Shown: positions 1 through 10,240, numbered from the stretch's first letter. The stretch is 64,000 bases of DNA from Nitrospirota bacterium (GCA_963710375.1 CAVPZX010000002.1:736001-800000), one strand, 5' to 3'. A program made the numbers and translations. Notes: generated from the letters alone by a model not told the origin.

Positions 1-60
1 GCTGACAATGATCCCGAATTTGAAACCCTTCGCCTGTAGTTCGCCTTCTATTATTTTCAT
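1..60 (-). CDS. ribH: 6,7-dimethyl-8-ribityllumazine synthase, 5' end (runs off window)
   Basis: Manual translation MKIIEGELQAKGFKFGIIVS matches the RibH N-terminus; GGAGGG RBS upstream. Confidence 0.85.
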   Translation of the reverse strand, partial: MKIIEGELQAKGFKFGIIVS

Positions 61-107
61 GTTCTACCCTCCGGACAAAATATAATGTATATATTATCAC
101 ACTCAGG

Positions 108-211
108 ACAGGTTAAGGTTAAGGTATAGGGTTAGGTTGAGACTAAAAAATATATTTATTGTAAGAAAGTCTTGGTTTGTTTTCTTAACCTTAACCTCAG
201 CCTAAACCTGT
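108..211. repeat. Palindromic short-tandem-repeat element (AGGTTA-type hexamers facing AACCTT-type hexamers)
   Basis: caggttaaggttaaggt...ggttgag on the left, cttaaccttaacctcagcctaaacctg on the right, AT-rich spacer. Confidence 0.8.
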
Positions 212-214
212 TCT

Positions 215-1348
215 TTATGACGGGTAAAACAACTCAAACCTTCGGGTTCTGATATTTATCAATATGCCGGCGGCAATAAAATTGCTCAATAGCGCAGTGC
301 CGCCATAGCTGACAAATGGAAGCGGAACTCCCACAACCGGCATTACGCTAAGTGTCATGCCGATATTAACACAATAATAGACAAAGAACATAGAGGTTAT
401 GCCCACTGCCATAAGCCTTCCAAACTCATCTTTTGCGCGGTATGCGGTATCCAGTCCGCGCAGGAAAAGCAACAAATAAATGCACATAAGAAAAAAGCTG
501 CCGACAAAGCCGCTTTCTTCAGCATAGACTGCAAATATGAAATCCGTATGCTTCTCAGGCAAAAATCTGAGCGGTCCCTGTGTTCCCCTTAGGTATCCCT
601 TGCCCAAAATACCGCCTGAACCAATGGTTATCTTGGACTGGTTAATATGGTAACCAATGCCTGACGGGTCAACATCGGGGTCCATAAAAGCAACAAGGCG
701 ATTTTTTTGATAATCCTTCATTCCCTCCCAAAATATGTGACCCAGGAAAGGAACGGAGACAATTGCGATAATGAGCACTACCGTTATGATCTTTTTGCTG
801 ACACCCTTTGAAATCGAAAGCACTATGAATAGGGATATCATGAGAATAGCAGTACCGAGGTCCGGCTGTTTTATGAGCAAAGCCAGGGGGAGCAGCGCAA
901 ACATAACAACGATCTTCGCCGACATTTTCTCCCCGGAATCATTGTTGCGGCCCGCAAGATATGCGGAAAGGCCAATAATGAACATTATTCTAAAAAACTC
1001 CGAAGGTTGAAATGAAAAAAAGCCTATGCTCAACCACCGCTTGGCCCCCATGCTCGCCCTCCCTGCAATAAGAACAACTACGAGCAGAAAAAGTCCGATG
1101 CCATAAATCTGGTATGCATAACGGTCCAGCCACTTATAGTCAAAAAATACCATGGCAAAAAGTGCCATTATACTTATGATAAGCCAGATTATCTGTTTTG
1201 AGTAAAAGTCAGGATGTTCGCCTACACCGCCCGGCGGCCTCGTTGCGCTGTAAATCATTGCTACCCCGATCAACGATAGACACATAATAAGGCCGAAGGT
1301 GATCCAGTCAAAATTCTTGATTAAGCGGCGGTCGAGCTTTACAATCAT
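215..1348 (-). CDS. rodA: Rod shape-determining SEDS peptidoglycan glycosyltransferase RodA
   Basis: GAKRWL, QPSEF, QPDLG, LPEKHTDFIF and PLPFVSYGG motifs; mre/mrd operon context. Confidence 0.97.
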   Translation of the reverse strand: MIVKLDRRLIKNFDWITFGLIMCLSLIGVAMIYSATRPPGGVGEHPDFYSKQIIWLIISIMALFAMVFFDYKWLDRYAYQIYGIGLFLLVVVLIAGRASMGAKRWLSIGFFSFQPSEFFRIMFIIGLSAYLAGRNNDSGEKMSAKIVVMFALLPLALLIKQPDLGTAILMISLFIVLSISKGVSKKIITVVLIIAIVSVPFLGHIFWEGMKDYQKNRLVAFMDPDVDPSGIGYHINQSKITIGSGGILGKGYLRGTQGPLRFLPEKHTDFIFAVYAEESGFVGSFFLMCIYLLLFLRGLDTAYRAKDEFGRLMAVGITSMFFVYYCVNIGMTLSVMPVVGVPLPFVSYGGTALLSNFIAAGILINIRTRRFELFYPS

Positions 1349-3165
1349 CCCCGGACCTCCGCACTATTTTCCTTTTTCTCCTGAACATCGGGATTGCCAC
1401 CGGCCGGAGCAGATGGCGGGGGCCCGGCTTCAGCTGGTTTATGTTTTATAAGATACGCCTCGATGGCCCGCTTGGCAATCGGACCTGCTACAGTTCCGCC
1501 ATGCCCGCCGTGCTCCACAAAAACCGCGACTGCTATTTTTGGTTTATCGACAGGAGCAAAGCCAATAAACCACGCATGGTCCATAAATTTTTCGCCAGAC
1601 ACCCCCCGCTGCTTTCCTACAACCTGTGCAGTACCGGTCTTGCCGCCGATCAAAACGACCTGCGACTGAGCGGCATGCCCTGTACCGCCAGGCTCATTAA
1701 CCACCCCTGCCAGCCCCTCCTTTATCGTTTCTATGGTTTCGGGCTTAAGTCCAAGCTGCCCTATAGGCTTGCTCCCCCCCTTTATGAGTGAGAGAGGGTA
1801 AATAGTGCCCCCATTGGAAAAGGTCGCCATCATCCTCGCCATCTGAATAGGAGTTACGGAAACATACCCCTGTCCTATAGCCGCATTATATGTTTCTCCA
1901 AGGTACCAGGGCATTCTCTTCTTCTCCCTCTTCCATTCTGTATTGGGGATCAATCCGCGCCGCTCTTTTATCATCAGGTTAATGCCCGTCTCCTTGCCGA
2001 GACCGAGGGCAGTTGCATATTTATAAATCTTATCTATGCCCAGCCTCCTGCCTACCTCATAAAAATAGGTATCGCACGATTCTACAATTGCGCGATGGAA
2101 ATCGATCGGACCATGACCGCCTTTTTTCCAGCATCCGAATGTCCATTTACCATAGCGTATCCCACCCGTGCAGTTGATCTTTTTGTCTAGATCAATAACG
2201 CCTTCTTCCAGTGCCGCAGTTGCCGTGACTACTTTAAAGGTCGAGCCTGGAGGATACTGACTCTGAAGCGCCCTGTTGAGCATCGGGTTTTTTTTGTCTT
2301 CTATGAGCGACTCCCAATCCTTGTACTGTATGCCTCTTGAAAATACATTTGGATCAAACGAGGGAAGGCTTTCCAGGGCAAGTATTTCTCCTGTATCAGG
2401 GTTTATCGCTACTAATGCACCAGCCTTGTCCTTAAACTCATCCTCAACAGCTTTCTGGATGTTAATATCGATGCTGAGGGTAATGTCCTGCCCCTTCACC
2501 GAAGGCCTCTGCTGAATAAGCCGCAACTCTCTGCCGAGTGCGTCTACCTCTATTATCCGTTCACCTGGAGTGCCCCTCAATTCTTTATCAAATACCTCTT
2601 CGACGCCCCACTGTCCGATCAGGGCATCCGGAGGAAAATTCCTGTAAGCCGGGTTCTCAAATTGTGCAGGCGTCAACTTGCCCAAATAACCGATAACGTG
2701 GGCTCCGACTTTGCCGAAGAGATATTCTCTGCCCACCTCTGTCTCTACAAAAATGCCCGGGAAATCCGATTTCCCGGCTTCGACATGTGCAATCTCCTGA
2801 AAGCTCAGACCCTCTTTTATCTTAAGGGGGATGAACGGGCTGTTGTCTTTCCTATTCAACTTCTCCTCAATCTCGCTCTTTTCTACTCCCAGAAATTTTG
2901 CAAGGGCATCGAGGTCAAGGCCCTTGAGGCTTTCGGGGCTTATTGATACACTGAAAAAGGGGACATCTTTTACCAACGGAGTCCCGTTCCGGTCAAATAT
3001 AATTCCTCTTGGGGCTGGAGTTTTTACAATTCTCAACCTGTTGCTCTCGGATAGGGCCCTGTACTTGTCTCCTTCGATGACCTGAAGCTGCCAGAGCTTA
3101 CAACAGAAAAAAAAGAAAACGGCGACAATAATATAAGATCCCAGTTGTATTTTGGTCAGCTTCAT
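1345..3165 (-). CDS. mrdA: Penicillin-binding protein 2 (elongasome transpeptidase)
   Basis: PRGIIFDRNG, STFK (SxxK), SCD (SxN-like) and KTG motifs; start placed at the MKLTK ATG. Confidence 0.96.
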   Translation of the reverse strand: MKLTKIQLGSYIIVAVFFFFCCKLWQLQVIEGDKYRALSESNRLRIVKTPAPRGIIFDRNGTPLVKDVPFFSVSISPESLKGLDLDALAKFLGVEKSEIEEKLNRKDNSPFIPLKIKEGLSFQEIAHVEAGKSDFPGIFVETEVGREYLFGKVGAHVIGYLGKLTPAQFENPAYRNFPPDALIGQWGVEEVFDKELRGTPGERIIEVDALGRELRLIQQRPSVKGQDITLSIDINIQKAVEDEFKDKAGALVAINPDTGEILALESLPSFDPNVFSRGIQYKDWESLIEDKKNPMLNRALQSQYPPGSTFKVVTATAALEEGVIDLDKKINCTGGIRYGKWTFGCWKKGGHGPIDFHRAIVESCDTYFYEVGRRLGIDKIYKYATALGLGKETGINLMIKERRGLIPNTEWKREKKRMPWYLGETYNAAIGQGYVSVTPIQMARMMATFSNGGTIYPLSLIKGGSKPIGQLGLKPETIETIKEGLAGVVNEPGGTGHAAQSQVVLIGGKTGTAQVVGKQRGVSGEKFMDHAWFIGFAPVDKPKIAVAVFVEHGGHGGTVAGPIAKRAIEAYLIKHKPAEAGPPPSAPAGGNPDVQEKKENSAEVRG

Positions 3166-3252
3166 CAAGCACACACCCGGGGAGAATGCCAAATCCCCAT
3201 ATAGACAATTGTCAGGGACTTCTTTTGTCGCACGCTATTTATCCCGCATCGT

Positions 3253-3735
3253 TCACGGCCGCAATATAATACCGAAAGGTATGTTCATAAGAGACTGAAC
3301 ACACATCGCCTGCAAAAGTAAGGCGCCGGTGACATGAATACCTGTAAACATTATCCGGGAGCCGGCCACCACCACTCCATCAAAAAGCGTGAAAATAACC
3401 ACAATGGCGATGCCCCACAACGGTGTCCATTTAAATATCATATCGGTAAAAACAACCGGCGTCATTAGCCCCAGCAGCCCCTTGCTCAGGAGCCCGGGGC
3501 CGATTACGGAGCCGGATATAACATCTTCCATCAAGCCGATGATCACACCAAATGCAACGCTCTCAAATTCTGATTTGCTGCCGGAATAATCGCGGTCTGA
3601 GTTGCGCTGGTAGCTTTTCAAGCCGAAATAGTAGACAAGAATAACTGTAAGGTTGGAGAAATTCCTCAAAAAAGAACACTGCGTCTGCAGCAAAAAAACA
3701 ACCACGGTAAAGAGTATCCATTTCAGTGCATTCAT
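3253..3735 (-). CDS. mreD: Rod shape-determining membrane protein MreD (divergent)
   Basis: Hydrophobic 160 aa with FGVIIGLMEDVISG, located between mreC and mrdA. Confidence 0.8.
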   Translation of the reverse strand: MNALKWILFTVVVFLLQTQCSFLRNFSNLTVILVYYFGLKSYQRNSDRDYSGSKSEFESVAFGVIIGLMEDVISGSVIGPGLLSKGLLGLMTPVVFTDMIFKWTPLWGIAIVVIFTLFDGVVVAGSRIMFTGIHVTGALLLQAMCVQSLMNIPFGIILRP

Positions 3736-3742
3736 TTACAGT

Positions 3743-4537
3743 TTAACTTTTGGAGAGCACCCGTTTCAGCACAATCACGTCCTCCAGCTTATCGCTCGAC
3801 TGAAAAGGCTGTACCTCTATGTATTGAAAAAATTCTATGCCTTCTTTTTTCACTTTACTTACCACGCCGACCGGCAGGCCCTCGGGGAATATCCCGTCAA
3901 AGCCGGATGTTATTACCACTTCTCCCTTTACCACGTTCTCCTCCGGAGGAACATATTTCAGCAGACAATAGTCATAACCCGTCCCAGACACGACACCCTC
4001 CCGCCGGCTATTCTGCAGCCTTACCGCTACAGAAAAGTTAGAATCCTTCAGGAGCAATACGTCCGAAAAGGAATCCTGCACTGAATAAACCTTGCCTATA
4101 AGGCCTTGAGGGGTAATAACCGCCATGCCTTTTCCTATTCCGCTTTTTTCCCCCTTGTCAAGAATGACAATGTTGAGCAGCCTGTCTGATCCTCGCGCTA
4201 TGACCCTGGCTGCCGTCACATATTTGGGCTCCTGCTCTTTGAACGACAGCAGCTCTTTAAGCCGTTCGTTTTCTAAAATGATCTCTCTGTATTGCTGTTT
4301 TTCGAGCTGGAGTTGTTCGACCTCTTTCCTGAGCATCTTATTTTCCTCAAATGCATTCCGTATCCTTCTAATCGTGATATCGGCGTTCGCAGTGAACTCA
4401 TTCAGCGCATAATACGGGTAGGATATTACTTCATCAAAAAAAGAAAAGGCCTTTTGATCGTGCTGGTAACTCATTAGAGCAACTGCTGCCGAGACAAGGA
4501 CAAACAGGATAAGCAGTCTCTTTTTACCCTTTGACAT
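3743..4537 (-). CDS. mreC: Rod shape-determining protein MreC
   Basis: TM helix, coiled coil ENERLKELL, DKG and VITSGFDGIFPEGLPVG motifs. Confidence 0.96.
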   Translation of the reverse strand: MSKGKKRLLILFVLVSAAVALMSYQHDQKAFSFFDEVISYPYYALNEFTANADITIRRIRNAFEENKMLRKEVEQLQLEKQQYREIILENERLKELLSFKEQEPKYVTAARVIARGSDRLLNIVILDKGEKSGIGKGMAVITPQGLIGKVYSVQDSFSDVLLLKDSNFSVAVRLQNSRREGVVSGTGYDYCLLKYVPPEENVVKGEVVITSGFDGIFPEGLPVGVVSKVKKEGIEFFQYIEVQPFQSSDKLEDVIVLKRVLSKS

Positions 4538-5577
4538 TAATTAGTGCTGATGGCAACCTTTTGAAGAAGTTCCAGCTTATCCAGCATCATTCCGCACCCC
4601 CTGACCACTGCGGTAAGAGGATCGTCGGGAAGAATCACCGGCACTCCGGTCTGTTCTCTGATCAGAATATCAAGCCCTTTCAACAAGGCGCCACCTCCTG
4701 CCAGAACAATACCCTTATCAACAATATCGGCAGCAAGCTCAGGAGGAGTGTTTTCAAGGGTAACTTTGATTGTATCCAGAATAAGGCCTATGCTCTCCTG
4801 CAGCGCTTCCCTTATCTCATCCTCGGTCACGTTAATCGCCTTCGGGATGCCGGACACGAGGTCTCTTCCTTTGATCTCCATGGGCTCCGAGTTATTGGTC
4901 GGATAAGCAGAACCAAGGTCAATTTTTATTCGCTCGGAAGTCCGCTCCCCTATCATAAGATTGTATTTGCGCTTGATATAAGCCATAATTGCTTCGTCCA
5001 TCTTGTCGCCGCCTACTCTAACCGCTTTGCTGTAGACAATTCCGTCAAGTGATATCACCGCTACATCGGTTGTCCCCCCGCCGATGTCCACTATCATATT
5101 CCCGGACGGCTCACCAACAGGCAGACCGACCCCTACCGCTGCCGCCATCGGCTCCTCTATAAGGTATACCTCGCGCGCTCCCGAAGCATGGGCGGCATCC
5201 TTGACCGCGCGTTGTTCCACTTGCGTGATACCGGACGGTACGCCGATTATCACACGCGGAGATACAAAGCTCTTCCTGTTGTGGGCCTTTGTAATAAAAT
5301 ATTTAAGCATGACTTCCGTTGCGTCAAAATCCGCAATGACGCCGTCTTTCATAGGCCTGATAGCAAGAATATTCGAGGGAGTCTTTCCCAGCATTTCTTT
5401 TGCCTCTATGCCAACCGCTACAGGGACTTTGTTGTCTCTCCTGATTACCACAACAGAAGCCTCGTTGCAGATAATGCCCCTACCCTTCATGTAAACAAGT
5501 GTATTTGCTGTCCCAAGATCAATCGCAAGATCATTAGAGAACATACCCAGTATCTTATGAATAAACACGCTGACCAC
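4537..5577 (-). CDS. mreB: Actin-like MreB
   Basis: AIDLGTANT, IVDIGGGTT and LAGGGALL motifs. Confidence 0.98.
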   Translation of the reverse strand: MVSVFIHKILGMFSNDLAIDLGTANTLVYMKGRGIICNEASVVVIRRDNKVPVAVGIEAKEMLGKTPSNILAIRPMKDGVIADFDATEVMLKYFITKAHNRKSFVSPRVIIGVPSGITQVEQRAVKDAAHASGAREVYLIEEPMAAAVGVGLPVGEPSGNMIVDIGGGTTDVAVISLDGIVYSKAVRVGGDKMDEAIMAYIKRKYNLMIGERTSERIKIDLGSAYPTNNSEPMEIKGRDLVSGIPKAINVTEDEIREALQESIGLILDTIKVTLENTPPELAADIVDKGIVLAGGGALLKGLDILIREQTGVPVILPDDPLTAVVRGCGMMLDKLELLQKVAISTN

Positions 5578-5595
5578 CCCCCTCTAAACTCTACG

Positions 5596-5672
5596 ATGTT
5601 AAATTTTAAATTGTGAATGTTGAATTAATAAAAAATACCACAATTTAACATTCACAATTCAACATTCAAAAT
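5596..5672. repeat. Palindromic heptamer tandem-repeat element
   Basis: atgttaa-attttaa-attgtga-atgttga facing ttaacat-tcacaat-tcaacat-tcaaaat. Confidence 0.8.
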
Positions 5673-5685
5673 ATATTCTATGATA

Positions 5686-6090
5686 TCACCCTTCAACGAT
5701 TTTGGTGTTCGCCAGATCGTCGCCAAGTCTCATGCCCTCCTCACTGCCCAGCATCAGCATGAACTCCAGCACAGTTATGAGCAGCACAAAAAACCATCCG
5801 AGCAGCGGTATCTTGTAAAGAAGGAGCGAGAAGGCAAAAGTGATGTTTCTCACCATCGAATCCCTAAAAGTACCGGGCTTTCCGGTCTCTGTCGAGATCA
5901 CCCTCAATCGAATTATCTTCTTCCCCAGGCTCCTTCCATCAAAAAGACCATCGCTGATAAGAAGGTAGACGAGGCCGGCAAAATACCCCACCTGAGGGAC
6001 AGCCTTTATCGCTAGAGCAATAATAATAAAGTCAACCAGCTTTGCTATCGCACGCAGCAATAAGCCGGCCTTTGCAGTGTCCCCAGGCAT
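5686..6090 (-). CDS. RDD-family membrane protein
   Basis: RAIAKLVD, GRSLGKKIIRLRV and RLGDDLANTKIV pattern. Confidence 0.85.
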   Translation of the reverse strand: MPGDTAKAGLLLRAIAKLVDFIIIALAIKAVPQVGYFAGLVYLLISDGLFDGRSLGKKIIRLRVISTETGKPGTFRDSMVRNITFAFSLLLYKIPLLGWFFVLLITVLEFMLMLGSEEGMRLGDDLANTKIVEG

Positions 6091-6132
6091 TGCTAATACT
6101 ACCAAATTACCTTCAATTTATTCAAGGACATT

Positions 6133-6249
6133 GGTGTTGGGTGAGGGGGGACTAACCAGTAAAGAGTGTGCTTACCGGATCATCGGCCACCAAAGGCATT
6201 ACAGGTACAAACCGGTTACTCCCTCTCATCCAACTTTTACCTTAACACC
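6133..6249. ncRNA. Candidate structured RNA of unknown class
   Basis: About 24-bp imperfect outer stem (6136-6160 with 6211-6234) enclosing an inner helix and two small hairpins. Confidence 0.35.
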
Positions 6250-6412
6250 GCTTGCGTTTATAAGTGGTAAAATTTAATGTGTTATGCTACTATATTGCTC
6301 ATTAATATAATACATTAGGATAGGAATACCTATTTGCACTATTTTATGATATACTTCGTTTGGAAAATTATATACAGACAAGAAATTAATATAACTATAG
6401 GGGGTTTTTAAT

Positions 6413-8230
6413 ATGCTACAAAAAATGCAAAAGCTCTTAATTTTTCTGCAATTGTTGATAACCCTGACCATAGTTGCACCCTCTTTTTCACTTGCAGGAG
6501 AGATTCTTATAAACCCCGGGAAATTCGATCACTTTAACATCGCGCTACCTGAAAAAATCGTTGCAGGAGAAGACACCACCCTGAGTCTGCAGGCCGTAGA
6601 TGCCTTCAACAATGTGCTTTTTAATTTCGGCGACACTGAGAGAGAGTTCCAGATATGGGTGACCGGATCAGCTTTGGTAAAGCCCACGTCCTTTAAATCA
6701 TCATCATTTGCAAACGGGGTATTGATCTTCACACTGACAGACAAGGTTGCGGAGCCATTTACTCTTGCAATCCGTGAAAGCGGGAGTCCCATTCCCATTG
6801 TTTCAAAAGACCTGAATGTTTTTCCAAATAAGCTGACTTCCTTTGTGATAAGATCACCCCGCATTGCACAGGCTGGTGATTCCTTTGATCTGAGAATAAT
6901 CCCAAAAGATGCATACGGCAATACAGTGTTGGAGACCATTCCTGGAAAAAACATCAATCTTATCTTTAAAGGCGATGCAGACCTTAAAATCGACATGCCC
7001 TCTATCCCCGATATCAAGAATGGATCAGGTTCTATCACACTTATGTCGCAAAAATCCGGAATGGCCCAGGTCGAAGCCAAGGATCTGATTTCAGGCAGTG
7101 TCGGAGGCAGCGATAAGATCGAAATAAACAGCGGCCCCGTGAATTCATTTAAACTGTTCGCTCCTAAAGACGTTATTGCAGGCGAGCCTTTTGAGGTGTC
7201 TATAGTCGCTGTTGACCGCTTTAACAATGTAGTGTCGAACTACGGGTCCTCCGGTAACGGCGTGTCACTCACCTCGACAGGTAGATTAAAGCCTTTCCCT
7301 TCCACGATCCCATCCTATGAGTTCGTGAACGGACAAGCGAAAGTAGACCTGAGGTATGATATTGCTGAAGACATCGCGATCGTCGCAACTGATAACGTCA
7401 AAGGTGAAAAAGGTTCGACAGAGACAATTCACGCAATATCTCCGGTTCCGGAGAGATACGAGGTTACGACACCTGAATCAGCAATGGCGGGTCAGAAATT
7501 CAAGCTGAAAGTGACTGTTTATAATCAGCTTAACCATGTCATCAGGAATTACAATCTCGTTGGTCCTGATGTACTCCTTACCACTACCGGAAGCGGGACA
7601 CTCGTGCCGAGCAAGATACCTGCATCGGAATTCATTAATGGCAACGCAGTGGTTGAAGTGCAGTACAATAAGTCCGAGGCCTTCTCGATCACGGCGTCCG
7701 CTGCAAAGACCTCGACGCCTTCATCTCCTGTTCAGCCTCAGCCGCCTGTTACGGCAAAGAAACCGGCGACTGCAGCCGAAAAACAGCAGGCCAAGACAGT
7801 TGCAACTGTAAAACAAACTAAAAAGACGAAAAAAGTAAGGGCAAAAGAATTAAAGGAATGCAAAGAAAAGAAGGTAAAAGAGACGAAAGCCAAGGTAACC
7901 CGCCAGCTTGAGATCAAAAATCTATCACTGGTCGAGTCCAAAAAGAAATCCGTTATTACACTAAATATACCCGGTACCGACAGTTCATTAAAATACAATG
8001 CAACGACCGAAATGATGGATGGCAAGAGGTGGGTCGTGCTTAAAATACAACCCGTGAACAGTAAAGTGGAAAAATCATACAAGTTTACCTCATCATTCAT
8101 CGGGGACATTTCGGTTGATGAGGATACACAGAACAAGGGCATGGTTACGGTAAAGATTGAACTCCTGAAGCCGTCCAAATTCCATGTAACAAAAGAAAAG
8201 AACGCCATCTCCGTAAATCTTCACCAATGA
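6413..8230 (+). CDS. Secreted hypothetical protein: Ig-like beta repeats, Pro/Lys-rich linker, possible AMIN-like C-terminal domain
   Basis: Signal peptide; four repeats of P...AG[EDQ].F.l.i...D.[FY].N type; basic low-complexity linker. Confidence 0.75.
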   Translation: MLQKMQKLLIFLQLLITLTIVAPSFSLAGEILINPGKFDHFNIALPEKIVAGEDTTLSLQAVDAFNNVLFNFGDTEREFQIWVTGSALVKPTSFKSSSFANGVLIFTLTDKVAEPFTLAIRESGSPIPIVSKDLNVFPNKLTSFVIRSPRIAQAGDSFDLRIIPKDAYGNTVLETIPGKNINLIFKGDADLKIDMPSIPDIKNGSGSITLMSQKSGMAQVEAKDLISGSVGGSDKIEINSGPVNSFKLFAPKDVIAGEPFEVSIVAVDRFNNVVSNYGSSGNGVSLTSTGRLKPFPSTIPSYEFVNGQAKVDLRYDIAEDIAIVATDNVKGEKGSTETIHAISPVPERYEVTTPESAMAGQKFKLKVTVYNQLNHVIRNYNLVGPDVLLTTTGSGTLVPSKIPASEFINGNAVVEVQYNKSEAFSITASAAKTSTPSSPVQPQPPVTAKKPATAAEKQQAKTVATVKQTKKTKKVRAKELKECKEKKVKETKAKVTRQLEIKNLSLVESKKKSVITLNIPGTDSSLKYNATTEMMDGKRWVVLKIQPVNSKVEKSYKFTSSFIGDISVDEDTQNKGMVTVKIELLKPSKFHVTKEKNAISVNLHQ

Positions 8231-8340
8231 TTAAAGCAAAGCTATAACCAAGTTCAAGAAGTGAAATTTGATGGCGGCCTCTAAGGCAGTTTAATTCATG
8301 CCTCTTATTCAGTCTTACCCTTATGCCGCACATATCCATT

Positions 8341-9246
8341 ATGGGCTTTCTCGATAAACTGAAATCAGGTCTTTCGAAGACAAAACAGAATCTTATCGGG
8401 CGCGTCGAAACAGTTCTGCTGAACCGGACAGTCGATGCGGCCGCCATCGATGCCATAGAGGAGATACTCATAACCTCTGATATCGGTGCAGAGGCCGCCG
8501 CTGACATAGCCGGCTTTCTCAGGGGGAAGGTAACCTCGGGCGAGATACGCACATCAGCAGACGTTAAGACCGCGCTTAGGTCCCAAATGGTCTCGCTATT
8601 AGGCATTCATCAGCCGCTCGTCACTTTCGGCGAAAAGCCCTTCGTCATTCTCACCGTTGGTGTCAATGGCGTCGGCAAGACCACTACCATCGGGAAGCTG
8701 GCATCACGTTTTAAATCTGAAGGAAACTCGGTACTGATCGCTGCTGGAGACACCTTCAGGGCTGCAGCAATCGAGCAGCTCGAAATCTGGGCCCACCGCA
8801 CCGGCGCCGATATGATAAAACACCAGAGCGGCTCAGACCCGGCCTCTGTCGCATTCGATGCTGTTGAAGCGGCAAAGGCACGCGGGACCGATGTGGCGAT
8901 CATCGATACTGCGGGAAGGTTACATACAAAAAGTCCACTTATGGACGAGCTGAAAAAAATAAACCGCGTGATTAAAAAAGCAATGCCCGATGCCCCTCAG
9001 GAAATTCTTCTAGTAGTTGATGCGACAACAGGACAGAATGCGCTCAGGCAGGCACATATATTTAATGAGGCAGTAGGAGTCACCGGTATTGCCCTGACAA
9101 AACTGGACGGAACCGCAAAAGGCGGTATAATCTTTGCGATAAAGAAAGAACTTGGGATTCCGGTCAGGCTTATAGGCGTAGGCGAAGGAGTGGATGACCT
9201 CAAGGATTTCAATCCAACCGAGTTCGTTACTGCTCTGTTTGACTAA
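8341..9246 (+). CDS. ftsY: Signal recognition particle receptor FtsY
   Basis: GVNGVGKTTT, DTFRAAA, DTAGR and TKLDGTAKGG motifs. Confidence 0.98.
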   Translation: MGFLDKLKSGLSKTKQNLIGRVETVLLNRTVDAAAIDAIEEILITSDIGAEAAADIAGFLRGKVTSGEIRTSADVKTALRSQMVSLLGIHQPLVTFGEKPFVILTVGVNGVGKTTTIGKLASRFKSEGNSVLIAAGDTFRAAAIEQLEIWAHRTGADMIKHQSGSDPASVAFDAVEAAKARGTDVAIIDTAGRLHTKSPLMDELKKINRVIKKAMPDAPQEILLVVDATTGQNALRQAHIFNEAVGVTGIALTKLDGTAKGGIIFAIKKELGIPVRLIGVGEGVDDLKDFNPTEFVTALFD

Positions 9247-9265
9247 GTACTAAACATCCGCTTAT

Positions 9266-10240
9266 TTATTCGAAGACCGTCAAGCTTCCGATTTTCCTTA
9301 TTTTCTTGTACCGGTCTTCAATGAGTTTTCCCGGAGTTTTCGATTTAATGGCGTCTAGTGTTTTTGTAATATACTCGGCCATACGTTTTGCAGTGGACTC
9401 GGGGTCCCGGTGAGCGCCGCCCAAAGGCTCGGGGATAATATCATCGATTATTTTGAATGCCTTCAGGTCCTGTGCCGTGACCTTAAGGGCATTGGCCGCC
9501 CGAGCAAAGTCATCTGGTGAGAGGTCACCATTTCTCTTCCAGAGAATCGCTGCGCACCCCTCCGGAGAGATAACGGAATAGACGGAGTGCTCCAGCATGT
9601 AGAGCCGGTCTGCAACACTCAGGGCAAGGGCGCCGCCGCTGCCTCCCTCACCGATAACGATCGATATTATCGGCACTTTGAGCCTGGACATCTCCATCAG
9701 ATTGACGGCAATAGCCTCTGCCTGGCCTCTTTTTTCCGCACCCATACCAGGGTATGCTCCCTGAGTATCGATAAAGGTGACCACCGGTCTTTTGAACCGC
9801 TCAGCCAGCCTCATCAGCCTTAACGCCTTCCTGTATCCTTCCGGATGGGGCTGTCCGAAATTCCTGAAAATCCTTTCCTTTGTTCCTCTGCCCTTCTGGT
9901 GTCCTACAACCACCACCCGGTTGCCGTTGATTTTCCCGATCCCTCCGACAATGGCTGGGTCATCACCGAACCTCCTGTCTCCATGCAGTTCAATAAAATC
10001 CTGGACAATCAGGTTAATGTAATCGAGTGTATACGGCCGTTCCGGATGCCGGGCAATCATGTTTTTCTGCCAGGGAGTAAGACGTGAGAAGATATCCGAC
10101 CGCATTTCTTTGGCCTTTTTTTCGAGCTGTTTTATCTCAGAGGAGATATCTATTTCGGTGCCGTCGGAAACCTTTTTAAGTTCCTCGATCTTTGTTTCAA
10201 GCTCTTCAAGCGGCTTTTCAAAATCAAGATAATAACTCAT
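9266..10240 (-). CDS. accA: Acetyl-CoA carboxylase carboxyltransferase alpha subunit
   Basis: [23 protein letters not shown] and [14 protein letters not shown] motifs. Confidence 0.98.
   Translation of the reverse strand: MSYYLDFEKPLEELETKIEELKKVSDGTEIDISSEIKQLEKKAKEMRSDIFSRLTPWQKNMIARHPERPYTLDYINLIVQDFIELHGDRRFGDDPAIVGGIGKINGNRVVVVGHQKGRGTKERIFRNFGQPHPEGYRKALRLMRLAERFKRPVVTFIDTQGAYPGMGAEKRGQAEAIAVNLMEMSRLKVPIISIVIGEGGSGGALALSVADRLYMLEHSVYSVISPEGCAAILWKRNGDLSPDDFARAANALKVTAQDLKAFKIIDDIIPEPLGGAHRDPESTAKRMAEYITKTLDAIKSKTPGKLIEDRYKKIRKIGSLTVFE

Noticed and set aside
6133..6249. SRP (4.5S) RNA or 6S RNA, given nearby ftsY
   Set aside because: No CAGG-GNRA-AGCA domain-IV motif on either strand; too short for 6S
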